From NCBI RefSeq assembly GCF_031769215.1, contig NW_026782300.1, forward strand, positions 1,240,001-1,304,000: DNA of 64,000 bases, written 5' to 3'. The stretch comes from Ylistrum balloti (taxonomy: Eukaryota). Positions 1 through 12,790 of the stretch are shown piece after piece. Position numbers and translations under genes: made by a program. Numbering within the stretch: position 1 is the stretch's first letter; the number at the start of each line of letters is the position of its first letter. The notes under the pieces are model-generated. The model ran no database searches, was not told where the DNA came from, and worked only from the letters and a program-made list of their open reading frames with translations.

Positions 1-399
1 ATTAAAAACTAGTTTACATCATTATCACAGGCAAACTCTGTTTATGATGAATGCTAGCCTTATCATTACCCTTTATAGACAACTATTTAACTGTTATTGG
101 GGAGAAAATACATTAAGTAATTTTAGGTCGATGGTTTAGAGTAGAACTAGTGAAATCAAACAGGATGTTTATATATTCAGAAATAGATTTTCAAATTGCA
201 CAGGATTGTCTTTCAACAGGATGCCTATATTGATTTGATCATTATTATTAAGGTACAACAATTCAGAATGATTTTTACTTGATGGGAAATAGCTGGAGGT
301 TTAGTTTATCTAGATATTCAGCTGATAATGCACAACATACAAATGTTCACCAAGGACTTAACTGATGTAGGATTTTCAAGGCGACCAGAATACACATTC

Positions 400-1740
400 T
401 GGTGTTCAATACATTGGGACCAAGTGGAAAGGTCTGGTTTATGCAGGTGTCCACATCAAAATTACATAGAATTATACATAGCTGGACGTAGATGAAGGTG
501 TTCAGCCTATATATAGATACACAGAGATGTCTGCAGTGTAACTTATGGAAGGGTTGGTTTATACAGATGTCCAGCTTATACAGGGTAACACAGGGAATGT
601 ACACCATGGGACCTAGATGAAGGTTACAAAGAAATGTGTTCTGTAGGACCTATTTGAAGAGCTTGTTCATAGTGGTGTTCAAATTATACAGGGTTACACA
701 GAAATGTGTTCTGTAGGACCTAGAAGAAGGGCTTGTTGATAGCAGTGTTCAAATTATACAGGGTTACACAGAAATGTGTTCTGTAGGACCTACTGGAAGG
801 GCTTGTTCATAGAAGTGTTCATATTATACAGGGTTTCACAGAAATGTGTTCTGTAGGACCTAGTGGAAGGGTTTGTTCATAGTGGTGTTCAGATTATACA
901 GGGTTACACAGAAATGTGTGCCCTAGGACCTAGTGGAAGGGCTTGTTCATAGTGGTGTTCAGATTATACAGGGTTACACAGAAATGTGTGCTGTAGGACC
1001 TACTGGAAGGGTTTGTTCATAGTGGTGTTCAGATTATACAGGGTTACACAGAAATGTGTGCCGTAGGACCTAGTGGAAGGGCTTGTTCATAGTGGTGTTC
1101 AGATTATACAGGGTTTCACAGAAATGTGTTCTGTAGGACCTAGTGGAAGGGTTTGTTCATAGTGGTGTTCAGATTATACAGGGTTACACAGAAATGTGTG
1201 CTGTAGGACCTACTGGAAGGGTTTGTTCATAGTGGTGTTCAGATTATACAGGGTTACACAGAAATGTGTTCTGTAGGACCTAGTGGAAGGGCTTGTTCAT
1301 AGTGGTGTTCAGATTATACAGGGTTACACAGAAATGTGTGCCGTAGGACCTAGTGGAAGGGCTTGTTCATAGTGGTGTTCAGATTATACAGGGTTACACA
1401 GAAATGTGTGCTCTAGGACCTAGTGGAAGGGTTTGTTCATAGTGGTATTCATATTATACAGGGTTACACAGAAATGTGTGCTCTAGGACCTAGAGGAAGG
1501 GCTTGTTCATAGTGGTGTTCAGATTATACAGGGTTACACAGAAATGTGTGCTGTAGGACCTAGTGGAAGGGCTTGTTCATAGTGGTGTTCAGATTATACA
1601 GGGTTACACAGAAATGTGTGCCGTTGGACCTAGTGGAAGGGCTTGTTCATAGTGGTGTTCAGATTATACAGGGTTACACAGAAATGTGTTCTGTAGGACC
1701 TACTGGAAGGGCTTGTTTATAGCAGTGTTGAAACTATACA
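400..1740. repeat. 70-bp tandem array (~16 near-identical copies from ~631, degenerate copies back to ~400)
   Basis: GGGTTACACA recurs every 70 bp from 691 to 1671; unit cagggttacacagaaatgtgtgctgtaggacctagtggaagggcttgttcatagtggtgttcagattata. Confidence 0.97.
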
Positions 1741-3564
1741 AAGTATGATGATTTTTAAGTGTAGGTGATGTGTCCATGGTGAGGTGTTAAAAAGTAATGT
1801 TGTCTGTGTGATGGAGGTAACACAGCTGGTGGATTCTCGAAGGAATTATGTGACAGGTGGTGCAGAATATCATTAAGAAAGGTCAAATGATTCTGAAGCA
1901 AAGTGAAATTTAAAATTCCTTTCTTTGACAGTTTGAATAATGAATATTTAAGTAAACAAATATGTTTATAGAAATGAAAGTGTTGCTAAGATTTTACTTG
2001 AAGCTTAAATCAATGCTTTCTAGTGTGAAAGTGATTTTGGTTGTATAGATAGTTCAATGAAATATCTTTTCATTAGATGTTGCTCTAACTTTTATATCAC
2101 CAGTAAATGAAACAGTGATAATGTCTTTGCAGAATTCTGTAAAGTCAGAAAGATAATTGAAATGGCATGTAATCAGTGCTACATGCTTTTCCACATAAAA
2201 CATTGTTGCCAGATATGATTTTAAATAAAATTGCATCACACGTTAAATATATGAGGAAGAACATGCCAATGAATGGTTTACTGTGATGACCCTAGGAACA
2301 TTTCAGACCAAATGGAGGCTATAGGAAACAAAACAACTGTCCTATATTTTAGATAATCAATATGCTTATTATTCTCTAGTATTGAGTTTGCCAGGAGATG
2401 TAGGGATCTGATCTTAAGTGTACTTGTTGGTAGTCCGTGATCTACATATGTTCTTTCTTACATTGACTAAGTCTATTTATCCAATAATAAACAATAGGTT
2501 TTTTTTTTTTTTGGTCTAGGAATTAAATCAACTTCTAAAGTAAACACAAATTACTCTGCTAGATTTAAATAAGTTTGCATTCAAGATATGTAACAGTTGT
2601 TTAAGTAAGTAAAAACATTTCATATGGTTCAGATTCATGGTAACCCATCTCAGCTAACATATTTTATTTTATTATTTTATTTTAACTTATTTCATGCATG
2701 TTTGATAGGCATATAAAGACTTAACTGCAGGTGTCCTATTGATCAAGCCCTTATGGAAAGAGGCTGAAATATACTAGAATTCAAAAAGATTTAATTTGTA
2801 AAACCAAATTTCAGGCATGCTGTATGTACATAGTTGAATTGAATATGTTTGCTAACAAGCTGTGGACGAATGCAGCTTAATTATAAATTATGCACAATAT
2901 GCATACAGCTCTGTATTTTCTGCCTGATATTTGTAATTGTATCTGCTGTCTGTGTACAATTTAATGTTTACAGATAGGTACTCTAAATGTCAGTGAGAAA
3001 GATAATTAAAGGTTCATTATATTATCACCGTTATTGTGTGTAGTGTGGGAGTTGTATTTGCCTATATGGAGGACTGCCAAACATATCATTATGATAGTCC
3101 TTTCTCCCGCCTATAATTTCTGTATGTGTAGCAGGTTTGGTAATTGTGTTTAATTGCTTCATGATTCATTATCACTGGATGCTGTTTTTGATGTTTCGTT
3201 AACTCTGTCATCACATTTTCCTGTAATGGTGTGTCGTAATTAGGTGTCGAGGAAAGTCGTGGTCATAACTTACTCATACATGTACAATGTTCTTAGCGAA
3301 AGAATTTCAAAGTGCTTACAGTATTAATTATGTGTTATGAAATACTTTTTACCTGGGTTTAAAATACAACCAACTTCATTTTAAGGTTTTATGCTACCTT
3401 AAACAGTTTACTTCTGTGTCATATATATGCTCTTGAGGAATTGAACATTTTCGCTCTTTTGGCTGACGTCAACATTTTGAATCTCCCATGATACTCATTA
3501 GGAGAAAAGGAAAGATTTGTTGAAGATGTATGGATTTCTATCATTTTAATGATTGTTTATAAGT

Positions 3565-4012
3565 ACAATTTATAACCATTGTTTTCTTGATTGTTTTTAA
3601 CAACAATTTATAAATATTGTTTTATTGGTTGTTTGTAACAACAATTCATAAATGTTTTATTGGTTGTTTGTAACAACAATTCATAAACGTTGTTTTATTG
3701 GTTGTTTGTAACAACAATTCATAAACGTTGTTTTATTGGTTGTTTGTAACAACAATTCAAAAACGTTGTTTTATTGGTTGTTTGTAACAACAATTCAATA
3801 ACGTTGTTTTATTGGTTGTTTGTAACAACAATTCATAAACGTTGTTTTATTGGTTGTTTGTAACAACAATTCATAAACGTTGTTTTATTGGTTGTTTGTA
3901 ACAACAATTCATAAACGTTGTTTTATTGGTTGTTTGTAACAACAATTCATAAACGTTGTTTTAGTGGTTGTTTGTAACAACAATTTATAAACATTGTTTT
4001 ATTGGTTGTTTC
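3565..4012. repeat. 38-bp minisatellite (~12 copies)
   Basis: Unit aacaacaattcataaacgttgttttattggttgtttgt; period 38 (3671, 3709...). Confidence 0.97.
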
Positions 4013-4434
4013 TGAGTATGATTGTATATATGCATGATCAAGCATGCTACTGCAGTTTTGTCATTTGCTGTAGATTTCCAAAATTTACGGAAGATGATGT
4101 ATCAGAGCACAAATATCTTGTTTTGAGCTGCTATTAATCTCTTCCATGGCTAACTTGTTCTGGACATCATAATTTCTCCCCTTATCAATATCAAAATAAT
4201 ATGGTAGTGAGCCCCTATATAAACGTTTCTCTAGCTCAAAATTGTATCATTTCTCCATTTTGATAAAATAACTCCTGATATTTATGAAGAAAGTAAGTAT
4301 TGCCTGATTCTAATTTCATTTAAGCAATATCTGGTTTTTAACTTGTCTTTGTTCAAGACTTTGTCATTGAATATAGAAAGATGTTTTATTGTATAGTGTT
4401 GTGTTGGAGGAAATAGTGGATTGAGTGTTTTTCA

Positions 4435-5000
4435 GAGAAAATGTGTATAGAAGATATCAGATTGTATAAGATTTTACCAGAAAAATATGTCTTTAGAGGG
4501 TATCAGATTGTACAAGGTATCACCAGAGAAATTTTCTATATAGATACTGGGTTTTACAATATTTTGTCAGAGAAACTGTTTTTAAAAAGGTGCCTGATTG
4601 TCCAAGGTATTATCAGAGAAATGTTCTGTAGAAGATACTGGGTTTTACAATATTTTGTCAGAGAAACTGTCTTTAGAAGGCGCCTGATTGTCCAAGGTAT
4701 TATCAGAGAAATTTTCTGTAGAAGATACTGGTTTGTACAATATTTTGTCAGAGAAACTGTCTTTAGAAGGCGCCTGATTGTCCAAGGTATTATCAGAGAA
4801 ATTTTCTGTAGAAGATACTGGTTTGTACAATATTTTGTCAGAGAAACTGTCTTTAGATGGTGCCTGATTGTCCGTAGCAGTTTTATCAGAGAAAAATTCT
4901 GTAGAAGATGCTGGATTGTAGTGGATTTTGTCAGAGACATTGTCATTAGAGGGTGTGCTATTGTACAAGGTTATAACACACAAAATGTCTTTCAGAAGGT
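4435..5000. repeat. 90-bp tandem repeat (dimer of two diverged 45-mers)
   Basis: cgcctgattg at 4681 and 4771; both halves start cagagaaa; explains the overlapping ORFs at 4441-5073, 4554-4946 and 4645-5016. Confidence 0.93.
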
Positions 5001-8000
5001 GCTGGATTGTATTCATGGCAAAAGGTCTTTAGATGATGTTGAATTGGGTTCTATCAGGAACTATGTATTGTAGAGTAGGAGGCTATATTTACTTTAGTGG
5101 CCGGGAGAGCCTGACTGCTTGACTATTGATTTGGAACATATTGATAGAATCTGAAAACCAGCATGATCTAGAATACCAAGTTCTACATAGGAATGATCAA
5201 ACTAAAATCAGGCATGACCTTTTAATACAGTTTCTTTACAAATGGTGAAGCACAAAACTTGGTTATGACTGACATATATTTTTACATTGATGTTCCTTTT
5301 TGCTTTAAAACATCTGTTCTGTATATAGGTAAAATAATAATTCTGCTGCATTTTGGTATTTTCTGCTATTATAGAGATTTTATTTGTCATTCTATATTAA
5401 TGACTGTTACATGATCTATATCTACATTCAATTGAAAAGTTTTGTTGTAATATCTATCATATATATGGAAAGGAATTCAAATATATATATAGTTTGATAT
5501 CCATAAAAACGTATATGTAAAATCCATTTTTCTGGAAGGATATCTAGGCCATGCTTTGAATTTCATGCAAGTCCATTAAATGTGGAGGAAAGCACAAGTT
5601 GGGAAAGGTAACATAAATGTATAAGCACTGCATCATGAGTCTCATTTTGATCTGGGCGGCTGATCATGTTCGGCAAAAGAAAATATCAATACCAGTTAGG
5701 TGGAATGATGGTTGGTCGTGTAACGAACAGAGTGTAATACAATTTTCCTGCTGCTATGGTTCAAATCAAATCGGAGAAAATCTATAAATTCTCATATCTG
5801 CTTGTTCATCAGAAAATACAAGATGGGGACTATTCCTTCTGTGTTAAATGTCAAAGGTCTTCGATTTAAATGAAGACCTTTTTTTCGGCTTTTTTAAGGA
5901 CCTTAGTTCAAGATTCATACTATTAGAAACATCCTGATATTGACTGCAAAAAGGAGAGGACATGGAAATGAATAATTTCTACCAAAGACTCTTCAGTTTA
6001 GCTTGTTTTATCATAAACTGGTACAAATCTGATCATGTTGCTGATGTTAGACCTGAATGGTTTTGCCCTTGATCATATTGAAATTTTTTTGGTCAGTCAA
6101 GGATTGCTTACATTTAAGTTGAAGGAAATGTGTATGTGAAATGATTTGAAATAGCTTACTCAGATTTACAAATATTGAACTGCAGTCTTAATTATGTTCT
6201 TGGTTCCAACTGAAATGTCTTTGATGTATTTTGCAGCTCATAGAGCAATTTTGGTCGTTATGATTTGCTGAGATTTCGTTAGTGTGTGTAAGGATTCTTG
6301 TATTAACGATCAATAGAAGAAAGCATGAAATTAAGCAAGCTTATGCTGTAAACATCAAGTTGAAACCACCAAACCATAAACAAGGTTTACAATTCTGCCA
6401 TGTATGGTCTGGTGAGATTTTTATTAGAGGTTAGTTTTCTGCTCAAGGCCTTGCAGTGTAAATTTGTTAAACATTGATTGGAAGAAGCTGAAATTGTATG
6501 GAATTTTTGCATAGCATTTAGACCAAAGGAAAGGTTCCAGGGTTTATTTATAAGTCTTCAACCAAATGTATTTTGTTGATTGTATTTTCTTAAGAATATC
6601 TGTGAACACTTTAGAAAGTAATCACCACAGAAGAAATTGTTGTATTTTTTCCTTCAATTTTAAAGTAATACAAAGGTCATTGCTTTTTTAGGGCAAAGAA
6701 ATTAAATTGATGGTTCTATATGCGTGAACGTAATACACGTCTTGTTGGTCTTATCTGTTACTGAGGAAACACAGTGTCTCTGATGGTGGTAATCTTGTTT
6801 TAGAGCAGACACTGTAGTTGCCATAATTGTCAAACATGTGTCAGACAACAAAAATAGAAGTAAAATTTCAGAGCTCTAGTTTGTAGATTTGTACTTTAAC
6901 ATTTTGCAGTATTCTAAAGGAAATTGGTATTTGAAAGATTAAAGTTTGTTACAAACCATTGTTATTTGAAAGATTGGAGTTTAGTAAAATCTATTGGTTA
7001 ATGAAAGGTTGGAGATTGTTGCACAAACCATTATTGATATTTGAAATATTTGGAAGTTCTTGTGTTAGCCTCTTTGTTTATTTCAGGACAAATAAGGTAA
7101 TTCATGAGTTCGTTTACAAAGGAAAGACTACAATAGTTTATGGGAGTAAGTAAGTTTTGCTCTCAAGGTGGAGATTATTTGTAAACAGGTGTCATGATCG
7201 CAAACAACCTGGCACAAATGAAAACTTCATATTTCCCAAAAGTATTTAGTGGATGGCCCCGAAAAGAATTCTCTTACAAAGAGTTGGCAACATTGATTTT
7301 CACTGGAGAGGTAAGTTTACCATTTGATTCCTACTGGGTCTAGGACTGAGAATGACGATATCTATTTACATAAGTCTGGAGGTGAAATCAGGAAAGAGGA
7401 AAATCTCTTTTTGAGTGATAGGGAATGGTTAAAGTTTAATCATCTTCCTAGATTTCTGGCAGTGTATCTGATACCCTTCTATTGGAACTTTGAATGATGA
7501 ATGAAGTGGCTGGAACACAGGGAAGCAAACACTTCCTTCACAATGATTTTGATTCATTTCATCGTATGATGTCAGCAGTTTGATGTTTGTCGCTTGGTAA
7601 TTTAATGTTTTGTCTCCTTTCATCAAATAGATATTTTGTATCTTGCTGTTATTTTTACTATGTAAAATTTCTATCCCCCTCCATCTTATTGGTCATGAAG
7701 TGTTTCACATGCCATGTCCTCTCCTTTCTCAATTAAATTTATGCACTCTTGATTAAACTTTATACAAATGTTGGCCTTTGGTTTTTCCCCCCATCAAACA
7801 AAACATTGCCAGCATTCTGGTAACTTCATTTCTGAAGAGGTTTTTTTATTTCACTTCACAAAAAGTTTAAACAGTTGAAAAATAACTGCATTGAGTTAAT
7901 ATTTCAAGGTCACCATGAATAGTTGTGTTGAATTGGAGCAGGCCTTTTATGTCCTATAGACCTTTCCTAATTTCTCTGGCCATTTACCATGTCTTCATAT

Positions 8001-8153
8001 GTAACAGTTTGATATTCTGTTTCTCCCAGCCACTTGATCTCAAACACCAGAAGGAGCTCCAGGTTTGCATTCCACTTGATAATCTGTGTATTACGTTTGG
8101 GATGATGTTTTCTGTAATCTCTTTCTTATGAATGATTACTGTTTGATCTACAT

Positions 8154-8300
8154 GGTCTGTTGGAGCAGAGGTTAAATGCTTTGCATTCACTGGGGTTTAA
8201 TTACCCAACAGGACATGAAAAGATGCAGGGTTCTTGCCCAACTGCATAGGTTTTCTCTGGGTACTCTGATTTGCTGCCACAGTAAGACCCCTTGCGTGTT
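8154..8300 (+). mobile_element. Decayed tRNA-derived SINE with V-domain-like core
   Basis: A-box-like tggagcagaggttaa (8161-8175), B-box-like ggggtttaattaccc (8192-8206). ggttttctctgggtactctgatttgctgccac (8249-8280) matches 27/32 of the SINE central motif GGTTTTCTCCGGGTACTCCGGTTTCCTCCCAC as I recall it; two mismatches are CpG>TpG. Confidence 0.7.
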
Positions 8301-8797
8301 ACAATTAATTATCAGTGCTGGCTGATGGTGTTGTTTTTTATTTCCATGGATGGTTATTTTGACATCTCTGTCATCATGTCAAACATTTTAATGTTGATTA
8401 AAAGCTGAGGTCCTGTGACAAAGGTTTTTTTCTTCTGTCAGATAAGCACATTAACACATATTCTTATTATTTAGAAATAATTTTATTCTGACTGTGCCAG
8501 GAAGAACAGCATACATGCAATTGTCATCTGTCTTCATGCTTGAAACACGATCTTCATTCTCCTTCTGTACAAGATAAAAAAATTGATTGTGCCAGCATTT
8601 GCTATATATAGGACTGGGATTATACCTTTGGGAAGAACAATTGTGTGGTGATTACAACGATGAAATGTAAGAGGTAAAATAAATCAATCACTACACATGA
8701 TCGTTGATGGAGTCTCTGTTCCCATCACTGTGTAACCAACGCCTGGCCAACGGGGCCATTGATCGAAGGTTGGCCACAGCTTCTGGAAATGGAGAGA

Positions 8798-9433
8798 GTG
8801 TCTACAGCATGTTAAGGGTTGTCTTATACAAGAGAGTGAATGGTTTGTATGTGTCTACAGTATGCTGGGGTGTGTCTTATACAGTTGAGTGGAGGGAATA
8901 TATATGTGTCTACAGCTTGCTAAGGTGTGTTTTTTACATGAGAGCAGATGGTATATAGTTGGCTGTGTTTTGTACAGGAGAGTTTAGGTTATGTGTCTAC
9001 AGTGTACAAAGATGTGTCTTATACAGGGAAGCAAAGGTTATATATGTATATGGAGCATGCCTATATGTGTCTTATACTAGGGACTAGAGGGTATATATGT
9101 GTCTACAGCATCCTTAGGAGTGTCTTATACAGGAGAGCAGAGAATATATATATACATCTAACAGCATGCTGAGGTGTCTTATACCAGGGGGCAGAAGGTA
9201 TATATGTGTCTACAGCATGCTGAGGTGTGTATTATACAAGGGGGCAGAAGGTATATATGTGTCTACAGCATGCTGAGGTGTGTCTTATACAAGGGGGCAG
9301 AAGGTATATATGTGTCTACAGCATGCTGAGGTGTGTCTTATACAAGGGGGCAGAAGGTATATATGTGTCTACAGCATGCTGAGATGTGTCTTATACAAGG
9401 GGGCAGAGGTAATATATGTGTCTACAGCATGCC
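8798..9433. repeat. 53-bp minisatellite, degenerate at left, homogeneous at right
   Basis: Unit gtgtctacagcatgctgaggtgtgtcttatacaagggggcagaaggtatatat; period 53 (9206, 9259). Confidence 0.95.
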
Positions 9434-10175
9434 TTATATTCTAGTAGGAGACTTTGAGTGATGGCACTTGATCATGTTGACCAGATTAAGAATGAGTAGG
9501 CAAATAATGTAAATATATTTGCAGGAACTGATGATTTTGGAACTGTATTCTGGAACTTTGAGTTGTTTTGACTGATTCAGGAGCAATCCTGAATTACTTG
9601 GCAATAACTTTGTAAGTTTAGACAACACAGTCTGTATGTGTGTGGGAATTTCATTGTTTTGCCAACTGGCACATCTCTTTGCTGTCATAATTTGTTTCAA
9701 AGTGAGTGTGTTTACATTGGTATGTAGTCTGACCAGTTCCAATATCTGTCTTTTAGGACTACATTTGTATATATGCATAACACATTAAACAAATCTGCTG
9801 ACACAGTCATTCTAAACCCCACACTTTTATCCTACATGGTCTGTTAATGCCTTTAATTTGGGTTTAAGAACATCTTTCCATCTGTAAGTCCAGGTGGTGT
9901 TTCCAGGTTATATCTTTTGAAATAATTAACTTATTATGTGAAGCTATTTTACATCAGTACATACCTATATAGGTCAGAGGTCGAAATTCAAACACATTTG
10001 TTATAATATATACAATTTTAAATTCTTGATGCTATTTTGTGTTGGAAAGGGGTCGAAATGATAATAACAACAGAGTTCATGACATACAAATATCCGTTTC
10101 ATTAAATTACGAAATAACAAACAGGGGGAAAAATTTATTATACCATCATTTCTAGATCAGTGTCCACCAAATCAT

Positions 10176-10491
10176 GTATTTGCAAATATGTGTGTAGAAG
10201 TGAGTATTTGCAAATATGTGTGTAGAAGTGAGTATTTGCAAATATGTGTGTAGAAGTGAGTATTTGCAAATATGTGTGTAGAAGTGAGTATTTGCAAATA
10301 TGTGTGTAGAAGTGAGTATTTGCAAATATGTGTGTAGCAGTGAGTATTTGCAAATATGTGTGTAGAAGTGAGTATTTGCAAATATGTGTGTAGAAGTGAG
10401 TATTTGCAAATATGTGTGTAGAAGTATTTGCAAATATGTGTGTAGAAGTGAGTATTTGCAAATATGTGTGTAGAAGTGAGTATTTGCAAAA
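10176..10491. repeat. 28-bp minisatellite (12 copies of the core, one 24-bp unit)
   Basis: tatttgcaaa at 10177, 10205 ... 10401, 10425, 10453, 10481; explains the three minus-strand ORFs here. Confidence 0.98.
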
Positions 10492-10759
10492 TCTGAGTGA
10501 TTTATTGTAGTACTAAATACTTTATATTTGCATCCTGACAAATTTTATTTCATTTTTGGGGGTATAGTTGTAATTTTGTTCGTTAATCGTCGAAGTATGG
10601 GTATTCCTGTTCTACATGTCCTATATAAATATTATACATGTAGTGATCCACCTCAAAGATATCAATTTTAATACATATGTTTCAATTATAAGACCAATTT
10701 TACAGATGATGGTTTTAGGTTAAATCAGTCTTTTCTAATACCATATTTGGTGAAACATT

Positions 10760-10915
10760 TAACTGTCTAATTAGACACCCTGTGGGATACAAAATATTGG
10801 TCATGTTTACCTGTCTAATCTGACTTCCTGTTGGATTTGTATTGGTAAGCTTTACCTATCTAATCTGACTTTCTGCCTGTGTAATCTGACTTCCTGTGGG
10901 GTACAACATATTGGT
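10760..10915. repeat. Short degenerate repeat (ctgtctaatctgacttcctgt-like motif x3-4)
   Basis: Recurrent taatctgactt(c)ctg motif. Confidence 0.6.
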
Positions 10916-12299
10916 TTTATTTTTTTTTCATTAATGATTTAATTCAAAAATGGGATTATCACATTCAGTGTGACTATACAGGATGTTTGATTATTGTTCA
11001 GGTGTTTTGTATCCTTACTTACTGTATGTGTGCACACTGTTGGATATTCAGCTGGTGTGAGAGGCACTGATTGAATGATCCATAATATATTCCTATAGCT
11101 TCTATTTCCATACCAACACACACACAGCCTCCTCTACTGGGTTAGCCATTTGCTGTGCTTATGTGTGCTAGCTCTAGCTATACCCAAGCAGGAAGCAGGC
11201 TTGTGTTGGCTACCGCAGCTGAAAGTATTGAGGAGTTACTATACTTACCCATTCCAATGACCTTGGACTGAAGCTTGGAGATCACAGGTGTAGGGTTGAA
11301 GGCCCATAAATACTTTCTCCTACACACAGGTATGTTATTTCTCCCTGGCACTTAGTCAGCCCAGTCTGTAGCTGGCCTCGCAGCCTACAAGTATACAGTT
11401 ACGCATATTAGCATGCGCTTTTTGTTGATTTTCCCAGGTTTGTTTTTACAGATGATTGTTAAGAATATACTGTTCTGATGGACAAGTTTAACATTTATTT
11501 GCACTTCTTATAATTGGTATATGAGAGAGTATTTGTAACCACAGAATATTGTTAGTGGTTCAGCACTGCTAAACTGGTATATCAATCAGTTTGGATTTAA
11601 AAGGAGTAACCACAAGTCATCAGAGTGCTTGTCTGCTAATTAGCTAGGATAGTTTGTAGTGTGTATATGTGTTCAGAGAAGAGAGGTTACCTGATTGTGG
11701 AGGAGGCGAAAATATTGTGTTTAAATAACATTGACAGGATTAACAGCTGTGGGAAACTGGTTGGATTTATTTGGATACAAGCAGACAACTGGATGGTGAA
11801 TTGTGTAATTATGGCACAGTAGGTAGTCCTTTTTCCATCCTTTTTCCATCGTTCCTTCTCTTCTCCAGAATATTAGAGCCTATTGATTGTATAAATATGC
11901 TAATTTCATTCTTATTTACATGCTTGATTAAAATAACATTTTCTTGTCTTAGTAAGGTAGTAATATGTATGCTCAAAGTTTCTGTTAAAAAATGTATTAT
12001 TTGCATTCCGTATTTATCCATCAATAAGCCCATGCCTTGTAGTAAGCCCACCCTTATTTATTTATTACTAAAGAATTATCTGTTGGAATATCATTTTCCT
12101 TGACAAGCCCACATCTGACATTGAGACTTAGCTAATGCATGGAATTCCTGGGCTTGTTGCAAGATATATGTGATACTAACAAACTGCAAAACTTAATCTT
12201 CAAACAAATTTTTACTCAGAAGTTTACTTTAAACACAATATTATAATTATATTGCATTCAAATACTTGCTTTGAAATAAGAAGGCGATGAGTATTTTCT

Positions 12300-12790
12300 A
12301 ATACATAGAACAACACAGTTGCCATCCATTCATTCGTCCATCTTTCTGTTCGTGTTTTAGTGTCCCAAGCATAACTTTGCCTAACGTTAAACAAGGATCA
12401 TGAAACTTGGTGTATACATTTGTCATACTAAGAGGATGTGCAGTGTACCAAATCCAGGGCCCTTGACCCCACAAATACAGAGTTACTGCCCTTTGTTAAA
12501 ATTTTGTGTCTTGAGCAATTTGCTTGCAATGAAACTAGGATAATGAAACTTGATGGATACATTGGGCATACTAAGACAATGTGCTGTGTACTAATTTCAG
12601 GCCTTCGACCCCTCTATTTCAGAGTAATTACCCTTTGTTAAAAATATCTTGTATCTATAAATGTGCTAGCATTAAACCTAGGGTCAGGGAACTTGGTGTA
12701 TACATTGGTTGTACTAAAAGAATGTGCAGTATACTAATTCTAGGTTGTTTTCAGGAAGCATTCTACAGTTTCACTGATGTTCTTGTTTTT
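12300..12790 (+). mobile_element. Non-autonomous Helentron/HINE(DINE)-like element with ~3 internal ~144-bp tandem units
   Basis: Decayed (gtcc/ctgt)n-like tract at 12322-12353; (at)gaaacttg..tacatt-like motif at ~12400, 12543, 12687; agagttactgccctttgt / agagtaattaccctttgt; ends cttgtt in a T-run. Architecture recalled from bivalve HINEs. Confidence 0.65.

Noticed and set aside
3565-4012. Possible kinship between the two 38-bp arrays (3.6 kb and 31.5 kb)
   Set aside because: Only gttgttt..gta..caa is shared; the rest does not align, so equal length is likely coincidence.
4441-5073. 210-aa ORF and two antisense ORFs
   Set aside because: By-product of a 90-bp (30-codon) tandem repeat; open on both strands, no recognisable domain.
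7251-7300. GWPRKEFSYKELAT resembles the PRRFSYKEL juxtamembrane motif of plant receptor kinases
   Set aside because: No kinase sequence follows, the context is animal, and a short match is expected by chance.
11100-11420. GC-richer block possibly a minus-strand SINE
   Set aside because: Only a vague resemblance around 11340-11375; no promoter boxes or tail identified.
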